This document shows positions 1 to 7,723 of a stretch of DNA of 17,929 nucleotides, in pieces (the first letter of the stretch is position 1; each line of letters opens with the position of its first letter). The notes under the pieces were generated by a model, which was not told where the DNA came from, searched no databases, and worked only from the letters and a program-made list of their open reading frames with translations. The position numbers and the translations under genes were made by a program. The stretch is from Desulfobacterales bacterium HSG16 (lineage in GTDB: Bacteria > Desulfobacterota > Desulfobacteria > Desulfobacterales > HSG16). The stretch is from NCBI GenBank assembly GCA_030377965.1, contig JAUCGE010000078.1, positions 1 to 17,929 of the forward strand, given 5' to 3'.

Positions 1-263
1 CCACTTGAGCATTGACCAAAAAGAACAAATATTGGATTATGTTCAACAATTCATTAATGTAAAATCAGACGCTGACTGTGTTACCTGATTTTTTCGATTT
101 TGTACGGATTTTTATTGCAACGGCACAGGTACTTATTTGGTATCTTCTTTAAATTTTATAGTATTCAAGGCGATGTAGATGGTTGAAAAAATCAGAAAAA
201 TATGCCAAAAGAATAGAGGCAACGATTACACATTCAATAATCAAATAAACACAGAAGGTAACC

Positions 264-3200
264 ATGTCTGAAAAGCCTACATATAAAGAACTGGAACAGC
301 GGGTTCGAGAGTTAGAGAAAACAGAATCTGAGCTCAATCAAGTGACGGCAGCCTTGCGTGATAGTGAGGAGCGGTTTAGAACTGTTATGGAGCAGTCTCC
401 TTCGGCCATTGAGATCTATGACCCAAACGGAAAATTGTTAATCGTCAATGATAAATGGGAATCATTCTGGAACATTAAGAAGAGTGATGTAGAGGATTTC
501 AATATCTTTGACGATCAGGAATGTGAAAGAACAGGATTAACTTCAGCGTTCAAAAAAGCACTACAGGGTAAATCAAGCACAATACCTCCGGCAAAGTACG
601 ACCCAAAAGAGAGCGGTATGACAGGCGGCTCAATTCGATGGATTAATTCAAAGATGTATTCAATAAAAAACCAACATGGAAAAATAACAAATATTGTTTT
701 AGTGGTGGAGGACATCAGCGAGCTTAAACTGGTGGAGGAGACGCTGCGGGAAAGTGAGGAAAAATATCGTACATTGTTTAATGGGGAATCAGGCGCTATA
801 GCTCTGATTGAAGTGGAAACTGGAAACATGCTGGAAGTCAATCAAGCATTTATCAATCTTTATGGATATAGTAGAGAAGAAGTGCTCCATATGAATAATA
901 CCGATTTCTCCGCGGAGCCTTATGAAACCAGAAAAGCTACCCAAGAACATAGTATCATGGTCCCGATAAGATGGCATAAAAAAAAGGACGGAACAGTTTT
1001 TCCTGTAGAAATTACAGCTAATATCTTCAACTATAAGGGAAGAGATGTTCATATTGCAACAATTAGAGATCTCACCGAGCATAAACAAGCAGAAGATGAA
1101 CTGTTAATAACTACCGTTTCTAAAGACTATGTTGACAATATTCTCAAGTCGATGCTTGATAGCCTGATAGTTGTGAATCCTGATGCTACCATCAGGACGG
1201 TCAACCAGGCAACGCTTAATCTTTCAGGATATGAAGAGCAGGAACTTCTTGGAAAACCTGTTGAAACCATCATAATGAAAGAAAAAGGATTGTACCGTGG
1301 AACAGGAATTGAAGAATTGCTTAAAAAAGGGTTTATTCAAGGTCTGGAAAAAACCTATTTGACAAAAGATGGGAGCAAAATTCCTGTGTTGTTTTCAGGT
1401 TCGGTTATGCGTGATGAGGAAGGGGCAGTTCGGGGCATTGTCTGTGTGGCACAGAACATCACCGAACGTAAACAAGTTGAGGAAGCGATTTTGGAGAGTA
1501 AAACCAATTTCCAAAATTTTTTTGATACCATTGATAATTATCTCTTCATCTTAGATGAGAAGGGCTACATACAGGATGTCAATCAAGCTGTCAAAAACCG
1601 GCTGGGATATACTCTAAATGAATTAAAAAACCAATCAGTATTGTTAGTACATCCCGAAAATAGACGAGACGAGGCTGGACAAATTGTGGCAGACATGTTG
1701 AAAGGATCTAAAAAATCGTGTCCTGTACCCATGATCACAAAGAGTGGCGAACTGATCCCTGTTGAAACCTATGTGGCTACGGGTACTTGGAATAGTAAGC
1801 CTGCTATTTTTGGAGTAAGTAAAGATATTTCGTCCCTGAAGGAATCGGAACAAAAATTTGCCAAGGCTTTTCACTGCAATCCAGCTATTGCAGGATTTAG
1901 CGATGTGGAAACCGGCAAATATATTGAAGTCAACCAAACTTTCTATGATGAACTTGGGTTCACACCTGAAGAAGTCATCGGAAAATCTGCCTTTGAAGTT
2001 CTTCGATTTGACACTCAATATAGGAAAAAAGCAATCGCTAGATTAAAAGAGTGTAATCAATTGAAAAATCAAGAAATAACCATTTACACTAAAAAAGGAG
2101 TCCCTCTTCATGTGTTGCATTCGACAGAAACTATTAAACTTAATGGCAGGCACTACCTTTTTACTTCAGCACTGGACATCACTGATCGCAAACGGACGGA
2201 AATAGCGCTGAAAGAAAGTGAAACAAAACTTAAAGAGTCTCAAAAAATCGCACGTATGGGGCAATGGGAATTGGATTTGAAAACAGATACATTCTCCTGG
2301 TCAGATGAAATTTATCAGATTTTCAGCATTGATCCTGATGAATTTGGTGCATCTTATGAGGCTTTTCTTGAAATAATTCACCCTGAGGATAGAGAAAGTG
2401 TGAATAAAGCCTATACGGATTCTCTAAAAAACAAAATGCCCTATGAGATCGTTCATCGTTTGTTATTGAAAGATGGCACAGTTAAATTTGTGGATGAAAT
2501 TTGTCGTACTGAATATGATAAAGAAGGAACCCCATTACGCTCAATTGGTACAGTACAAGATATTACCGGACTTAAACAGATCGAGGAAGAACTTCGTCTT
2601 GCCAAAGAACAGGCTGAAACGACGAATAGATCAAAAAGTGAATTCCTTGCCAACATGAGTCATGAAATTCGAACTCCCATGAATGCAATAATTGGATTCA
2701 GCGGATTGTTATTGGATGGGAATGAGAAGCGGGATGATAAAGACAAGTTATCTCCTGATGATATAAGCCAAATAAGAAAAATATATACATCAGCAAGAAA
2801 CTTGATTGCCATTATCAATGATGTCCTAGATTTTTCAAAGATTGAAGCTGGAAAATTAGATATGGAAATCATTGATTTTGATATTAGAAGAGTTGTTGAG
2901 AATCTGACAAGTGTGCTTCAAGAAAGCGTAAGCACAAAGAAAGTAAAGCTGACGGCCAAACTTGAGCCTGATATCCCATTTTATCTTAAAGGCGATCCCG
3001 GCAGATTTTATCAAGTCCTTGTAAATTTAACCAATAATGCCATTAAATTTACAAAAGAAGGTAGCGTTTCAGTTAATATCTCATTGGAAAATGAATTTCC
3101 TACAAAAGTAAAATTAAAAGTTGTTGTTATTGATACAGGCATAGGCATACCTGAAGATAAACAAGATCGACTTTTCAAAGCTTTTAGCCAAGCTGATTCT

Positions 3201-3857
3201 TCACATACCAGGCAATACGGTGGCACAGGTCTTGGACTTGTAATATCAAGGCGACTTGTTAAACTGATGAATGGGGAACTCCACTTTTACAGTAAAAAAA
3301 GAGAGGGATCTACTTTTTGGTTTACCGCTACGTTCGATAAAGGTAAATCGCCTGAAAAAGAAGACAAAATTGTAATTTCAAAAATGCCTGAGTTAAACAT
3401 ACTGTTAGTTGAGGATCAACCATTCAATCAAGAGCTGATGATTGCAGTTTTGGGCAAACATGACGTGACTGTGGCTAATAACGGTAAAGAAGCTGTTGAT
3501 ATTTTAAAGAAGAAGCGATTTGATATGGTGTTAATGGATATTCAAATGCCCATAATGGACGGTTTTGAGGCAACTGCAATTATTCGTGATCAAGAATCCA
3601 ACGTTCTTAATCATGATGTCTTCATTGTTGCAATGACAGCCCATGCTACAAGAGAAGACCGACAAAAATGTATTGATAGTGGTATGAGTGATTATCTATC
3701 CAAACCGCTCGAACCAAATGACTTATTTGCCATAATTAATGAACAATTTGATATACAGGTTGATGATGAAGCTCCTGAAGATGGTGATGTGGGTGACATC
3801 CATTTGCTTGATATAGAAACACTTCTGAACCGTGTTGGTGGTAAAGAGGACTTATAG
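264..3857 (+). CDS. Cytoplasmic multi-PAS hybrid sensor histidine kinase / response regulator (about six PAS-like modules, HisKA, HATPase_c, C-terminal receiver)
   Basis: 1197-aa ORF with AGAAGGT 4-5 nt upstream of the ATG. The N-terminus is a coiled coil (KELEQRVRELEKTESELNQ) followed by repeated PAS signatures, for example NGKLLIVNDKWESFW, LEVNQAFINLYGYSREEV, RTVNQATLNLSGYEEQEL, IQDVNQAVKNRLGYTLNEL, IEVNQTFYDELGFTPEEV and a PAS_3-like QWELDLKTDTFSWSDEIYQIF...IHPEDRE. The H-box is SEFLANMSHEIRTPMNAIIGF, with His about codon 800 (nt 2661-2663). N/G boxes are LVNLTNNAIKFT, DTGIGIPED and GGTGLGLVISRRL. Receiver motifs are ILLVEDQ, VLMDIQMP (Asp about codon 1092, nt 3537-3539), AMTA and DYLSKP. 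No hydrophobic TM segments, so it is a soluble sensor. Confidence 0.9.
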   Translation: MSEKPTYKELEQRVRELEKTESELNQVTAALRDSEERFRTVMEQSPSAIEIYDPNGKLLIVNDKWESFWNIKKSDVEDFNIFDDQECERTGLTSAFKKALQGKSSTIPPAKYDPKESGMTGGSIRWINSKMYSIKNQHGKITNIVLVVEDISELKLVEETLRESEEKYRTLFNGESGAIALIEVETGNMLEVNQAFINLYGYSREEVLHMNNTDFSAEPYETRKATQEHSIMVPIRWHKKKDGTVFPVEITANIFNYKGRDVHIATIRDLTEHKQAEDELLITTVSKDYVDNILKSMLDSLIVVNPDATIRTVNQATLNLSGYEEQELLGKPVETIIMKEKGLYRGTGIEELLKKGFIQGLEKTYLTKDGSKIPVLFSGSVMRDEEGAVRGIVCVAQNITERKQVEEAILESKTNFQNFFDTIDNYLFILDEKGYIQDVNQAVKNRLGYTLNELKNQSVLLVHPENRRDEAGQIVADMLKGSKKSCPVPMITKSGELIPVETYVATGTWNSKPAIFGVSKDISSLKESEQKFAKAFHCNPAIAGFSDVETGKYIEVNQTFYDELGFTPEEVIGKSAFEVLRFDTQYRKKAIARLKECNQLKNQEITIYTKKGVPLHVLHSTETIKLNGRHYLFTSALDITDRKRTEIALKESETKLKESQKIARMGQWELDLKTDTFSWSDEIYQIFSIDPDEFGASYEAFLEIIHPEDRESVNKAYTDSLKNKMPYEIVHRLLLKDGTVKFVDEICRTEYDKEGTPLRSIGTVQDITGLKQIEEELRLAKEQAETTNRSKSEFLANMSHEIRTPMNAIIGFSGLLLDGNEKRDDKDKLSPDDISQIRKIYTSARNLIAIINDVLDFSKIEAGKLDMEIIDFDIRRVVENLTSVLQESVSTKKVKLTAKLEPDIPFYLKGDPGRFYQVLVNLTNNAIKFTKEGSVSVNISLENEFPTKVKLKVVVIDTGIGIPEDKQDRLFKAFSQADSSHTRQYGGTGLGLVISRRLVKLMNGELHFYSKKREGSTFWFTATFDKGKSPEKEDKIVISKMPELNILLVEDQPFNQELMIAVLGKHDVTVANNGKEAVDILKKKRFDMVLMDIQMPIMDGFEATAIIRDQESNVLNHDVFIVAMTAHATREDRQKCIDSGMSDYLSKPLEPNDLFAIINEQFDIQVDDEAPEDGDVGDIHLLDIETLLNRVGGKEDL

Positions 3858-4252
3858 CAGCCCTTGTTTGTGACAACCTAAAACTGATCCACTTTGATAA
3901 CCCAAAATTGACCCACCCTCCTGGATGTGTTTTGACAAGGTCATACATGGTCTTATATTTATCAAGGGCTTCATGATTGAGACAATAACATGTACACATA
4001 CCTTCAACCGTTCCGAGTATGATGCCCCGGCCTTCTTCAAACTTTTCAAGTGCTGGCTCACAGTGGACCCGAAAATCCCAATAATCCCAGTTCAGACAAA
4101 TGGTAGTTGTCTTGAACTGAGATTTGGGGGATTATGGGGATTAAGAGGAAAAGGACATATTTCGAAATTGGTAATCAGCATTTTTCCCGGCTTTTCATTT
4201 ATGAAAAAGAACAAATCAATAGTAAATATTTTTAAAAAGGACAATAAAATCA

Positions 4253-4942
4253 ATGCTATATATAAACAACAGGCTTCTTGTCTTAGATAGAATTCTTAAA
4301 ATTTATGACGGGTTTATGGCCCAACAGGACATTGCCTGCTCAAAGGGATGCGCTGCATGTTGTACCCGCAATGTCACCACAACCACATTGGAAGGGTATC
4401 GACTCATGGAATACATGATATCTATGGGCAGCAATGAGGAATTGATGGCAAAAATAGAGAATGAATCGGATCGACCGCGTTTTGTTCCCACACTTACCAC
4501 AAACCGGCTGGCCGAGCTTTGTATGCAGGGAGAACAGGTTCCCGAAGAAAAAAATGATGCAGCCTGGGGCGAATGCCCTATGCTGAAAGATAACCAGTGT
4601 CCAGTCTATTCAGCAAGGCCGTTTGGATGCAGATGTATGGTATCCGTATCGGATTGTCGTGGGCAGAGCGCGGCTTCCATGCCTGACTTTCTGCTGACAG
4701 TAAACGAAGTTTTCTTACAATATATTGAGCATATTGATCCGTCTGGTAAATCTGGAAACCTGACAGATATACTCATTTATATGTCAAACCCGGACAAGCG
4801 GAACCAGTATCTTGCCGGTAATATTGAGGATGGCAGCAGTGAAAATACGCTTATTTCAAATCACCCTGTGAAAATGCTGATGATACCGCCCGAACACAGG
4901 GAGAGGATAGCGCCTTTGATTGAAAGCCTCAACAGGATTTAA
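4253..4942 (+). CDS. YkgJ/UPF0153-family cysteine-cluster protein (putative Fe-S or Zn-binding CxxCxxCC domain)
   Basis: 229-aa ORF with AAAGGA upstream. It carries the signature CSKGCAACC plus a downstream CPVY...RPFGCRCM cysteine set typical of the YkgJ-type zinc/iron-chelating domain. An alternative start at ATG 4316 (MAQQD) is possible but lacks an RBS. Confidence 0.7.
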   Translation: MLYINNRLLVLDRILKIYDGFMAQQDIACSKGCAACCTRNVTTTTLEGYRLMEYMISMGSNEELMAKIENESDRPRFVPTLTTNRLAELCMQGEQVPEEKNDAAWGECPMLKDNQCPVYSARPFGCRCMVSVSDCRGQSAASMPDFLLTVNEVFLQYIEHIDPSGKSGNLTDILIYMSNPDKRNQYLAGNIEDGSSENTLISNHPVKMLMIPPEHRERIAPLIESLNRI

Positions 4943-5786
4943 TCGGTATTTTAAGCACCTTTGCTGCATTTGTTCCGCAGATGAGCTCGATATCGCTTTT
5001 TGCAATACCTGATTTTTCAAGTTCCTTGAAATATCTCGGTGATTTCAGCAGAGGATAATCTGTGCCAAAAAGTATTTTTTCACGGCAACCGGGTAGTCTC
5101 ATAGCATGTTTAAAAATGTCCGGTTGATAGAGAAAAGGGGAGGCAGCCGTGTCATACCATACATTTTTCAACACATCCCCGGCTTCTTTTTTCAAAAGAA
5201 GGAAGAAGAAAATCCCTCCGCCCCAATGAGCGAAAATAATGCGGTTATCCGGGTATCGTTTAGCTGTTTTATATATCTGACTCAATGTGTTAGGCGATTT
5301 TCCAGGGTACATATGGCCTACAGGCTCGTTTGTGTGAATAAGAACCGGAACGTCTTTTTTTCGGCATATGTCCATGACCGGTTCGAGCCTGTCTCGTGCC
5401 TCCTGGTCTATTCCCGACTGATAAATTGCAAGTTCACCAATGCCTGAAAGTCCATGATCCAGGCAGCGGGCAGCTTCCTCGCCTGCTTTTTCATGGCAGG
5501 GATCAAAACAGCCAAAGCCGATCAGCCGATCTGGATATCTGGACACAGCTTCCATTATAAAATCGTTTTCCCTTATATATATTGCAGGATCTGTCCAGGG
5601 AAAACCGAAAATTACGGATTTGTCGATTCCATCTTCGTCCATCTGTCTTACAAGCTCGTCTGCTCCCACAATCTTTGACCTGGGAGAATCGTACAGGAGC
5701 TTGAATGCTGGTTCGCCGGGAAAAAAAGACTCTCTTTCTGCTCTGATTCTTTTCGAGAACAGGTGAGTGTGAAAATCAATTATCAT
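4929..5786 (-). CDS. Amidohydrolase-2 family metal-dependent TIM-barrel hydrolase
   Basis: 285-aa ORF beginning MIIDFHTHLF, the classic HxH metal-binding start of PF04909-type amidohydrolases. Later His and Asp residues (VLIHTNEP, IFAHWGG, FGTDYP) match the TIM-barrel hydrolase pattern. Its 3' end overlaps the convergent upstream gene by 14 bp. Confidence 0.8.
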   Translation of the reverse strand: MIIDFHTHLFSKRIRAERESFFPGEPAFKLLYDSPRSKIVGADELVRQMDEDGIDKSVIFGFPWTDPAIYIRENDFIMEAVSRYPDRLIGFGCFDPCHEKAGEEAARCLDHGLSGIGELAIYQSGIDQEARDRLEPVMDICRKKDVPVLIHTNEPVGHMYPGKSPNTLSQIYKTAKRYPDNRIIFAHWGGGIFFFLLLKKEAGDVLKNVWYDTAASPFLYQPDIFKHAMRLPGCREKILFGTDYPLLKSPRYFKELEKSGIAKSDIELICGTNAAKVLKIPIKSC

Positions 5787-5923
5787 CAGTCAATCCTCCA
5801 TATAAACAATCTCATCTTGGACATTGAATGCAAAATGTGGTATTGATACCCCAAAATTTATTTTAAGTCTATAGTACAACGGCATTTGTTTTTCAACATT
5901 TAATAACACAGGAGATTTCGAGT

Positions 5924-6472
5924 ATGAATTTTGAGCAGGCAGGACGTGAAAACACAGAAAAATGCCTGGAACTGGCATTTAAGCGGAGTCAGGAACTGGG
6001 AATTGATGAAATTGTGCTGGCTTCCACAACCGGCAGAACGGCATATAAAGCACTTGAAATCTTTTCAGATTTAAAAATCGTTTCAGTAACATATCATGGA
6101 GGATTCAAAGAGCCTTTTAAAAACGCCATGTCAGATGAAACCAGAAACGACCTTGAATCAAAAGGAGTTCGGATAGTATCGGCTACACACGCCCTGTCCG
6201 GCGTGGAACGTTCCATTGCAAGAAAATACACAGGCAGTTATCCTGTATTATTGATTGCTGATACCCTGAGATTGTTCGGACAGGGAACCAAGGTGGCCGT
6301 AGAAATTTCGATCATGGCAGCAGACAGCGGAAAATTGAGCGGAAAAGACATCATTGCCATAGGCGGCACAGGACGCGGTTCAGATTCAGCGCTTGTATTA
6401 AAACCTGCCAATCAGTCGGATCTGTTTGACATGAAAATTCGAGAAATCATCTGTAAACCCAGCAATTTTTAA
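5924..6472 (+). CDS. Stand-alone pyruvate kinase C-terminal (alpha/beta) domain-like protein
   Basis: 182-aa ORF with RBS AGGAG (5910-5914) 9 nt upstream. The sequence GIDEIVLASTTGRTAYKAL...VRIVSATHALSG...GKDIIAIGGTGRGSDSALVLKP resembles the effector-binding C-terminal domain of pyruvate kinase without the catalytic barrel. Assignment is by memory of the domain pattern only. Confidence 0.55.
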   Translation: MNFEQAGRENTEKCLELAFKRSQELGIDEIVLASTTGRTAYKALEIFSDLKIVSVTYHGGFKEPFKNAMSDETRNDLESKGVRIVSATHALSGVERSIARKYTGSYPVLLIADTLRLFGQGTKVAVEISIMAADSGKLSGKDIIAIGGTGRGSDSALVLKPANQSDLFDMKIREIICKPSNF

Positions 6473-6497
6473 ATGGAAAAAAATCGGTTTAAAAAAT

Positions 6498-6992
6498 ATG
6501 AAACAGAAAATTCCGCATTACGAACGGCATGTGGTGCTTATGGCTCCGGAAGTTCACTGGAATACGGGCAACATAGGCAGAACCTGTATTGGTACGGGGG
6601 CATTTCTTCATCTGGTCAGGCCATTGGGGTTTTCTATAGACAGCCGTGAAGTTAAGAGAGCTGGACTCGATTACTGGCCAAAGGTCAAATTGTCGGTGTG
6701 GGAGGATTTTTCTGTTTTTTTAAACGGCATGAAACCTGAAGCGGAAGAAGTGGCCCTTTTTTCCAAAAATGGCGCAAAATCTTTCTGGGAAATGCCCCGA
6801 TCCTCGCGGCTCTTTTTGATTTTCGGTTCTGAAACCAGAGGATTACCGGAAAACCTTTTATCCATGTACCCGGACAAGATATTTCATATTCCGATTTCAG
6901 ATGACATAAGGTGTCTGAATTTGTCCACATCGGTAGGTATTGCTCTGTATGAAAGCCTGAGAATCGCTGATTTCTCACACTCATGGAAATGA
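6498..6992 (+). CDS. trmL: tRNA (cytidine/uridine-2'-O-)-methyltransferase TrmL (SpoU/TrmH family)
   Basis: 164-aa ORF. The motifs HVVLMAPEVHWNTGNIGRTC, GLDYW, LIFGSETRGLPENLL, IPISDDIRCLNLSTSVGIALYE match the TrmL/SPOUT pattern (E. coli TrmL: PPNTGNIIRLC...RAGLDY...FGPETRGLP...RSMNLSNAV). Confidence 0.85.
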   Translation: MKQKIPHYERHVVLMAPEVHWNTGNIGRTCIGTGAFLHLVRPLGFSIDSREVKRAGLDYWPKVKLSVWEDFSVFLNGMKPEAEEVALFSKNGAKSFWEMPRSSRLFLIFGSETRGLPENLLSMYPDKIFHIPISDDIRCLNLSTSVGIALYESLRIADFSHSWK

Positions 6993-7091
6993 AAGCTTGA
7001 ATTTTTTTTCCAAACTCGTTATATATGCTTTCATAACAATTTCGATTTCAATATTGATCAACCTTTACACAAAAATTGAAAGGAGGTTCAA

Positions 7092-7712
7092 TTGCTCGAA
7101 TACCTTCGTTTTGCTATCACTCCTCTAAATCTTCCATTCACTATTTTCTTAGGTGTCGTCATGCTTTACTGGCTGGCTGTCATAATTGGCGCTGCTGATA
7201 TGGATATGTTCCACGCTGATATGGACATGGATATGGATATAGACGGTGTGGAAGGTGTCGGTCATTCCCTGTTTCATTTCCTGAACATCGGTGATGTACC
7301 GGTTATGGTCATCATAAGCGTAATGGCTTTTGGCGGCTGGGCTTTTTCCATGATCACAAATTTCTATTTCAACCGGCCCGGAGACATATTGCTCGGACTT
7401 GGTCTGCTCGTCCCAAATCTGATAGTCACCCTTCTTGTTGGATCAGTCATATTGAGACCGGTGGCAAAACTGTTCAAATCCCTCAATTATGAAGACAAGG
7501 AAGCCCAGAAAATAGTATATCGTGTGGGCAGAGTCGTTTCCGGGGAGGTCAACAATGAGTTCGGCCAGGTGGAAATGGAAACTGAGGGAGCCATCATTAC
7601 CATAAATGCCCGAATTCCCGACGGCTTGCCTCTTAAAAAAGGGGAAAGAGTCCTTGTTTTTGACGAAGACAAGGAAAAGAACGTCTATTTTGTCGAAAAA
7701 TTTACCGAATAG
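7092..7712 (+). CDS. NfeD-like / YqiJ-type membrane protein (flotillin partner) with acidic Met-Asp repeat loop and C-terminal OB-fold
   Basis: TTG start 4 nt after AAAGGAGGT (7078-7086). ATG 7161 is an alternative start. It has three hydrophobic helices: LPFTIFLGVVMLYWLAVIIGAA, VPVMVIISVMAFGGWAFSMI and ILLGLGLLVPNLIVTLLVGSVIL. The C-terminal beta-rich segment GRVVSGEV...GQVEMETEGAIITINARIPDGLPLKKGERVLVFDE is typical of the NfeD OB-fold. The stop (TAG 7710-7712) is embedded in the RBS of the following flotillin gene, so the two are translationally coupled. Confidence 0.7.
   Translation: MLEYLRFAITPLNLPFTIFLGVVMLYWLAVIIGAADMDMFHADMDMDMDIDGVEGVGHSLFHFLNIGDVPVMVIISVMAFGGWAFSMITNFYFNRPGDILLGLGLLVPNLIVTLLVGSVILRPVAKLFKSLNYEDKEAQKIVYRVGRVVSGEVNNEFGQVEMETEGAIITINARIPDGLPLKKGERVLVFDEDKEKNVYFVEKFTE
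7197..7244 (+). repeat. In-frame hexanucleotide (GATATG/GACATG) microsatellite encoding (Asp-Met)n: ADMDMFHADMDMDMDID
   Basis: Read directly: gatatggatatg ttccacgct gatatggacatggatatggatatagac. Confidence 0.8.
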
Positions 7713-7723
7713 GAGGATGTAAA

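Noticed and set aside
3852-4290. Small ORFs 3852-4061 (-) and 3925-4290 (+) in the kinase to cysteine-cluster-protein spacer
   Set aside because: They have no RBS and they overlap each other and neighbouring genes. The composition is odd. I treat the region as a non-coding spacer or possible remnant. See the low-interest finding on the antisense open frame.
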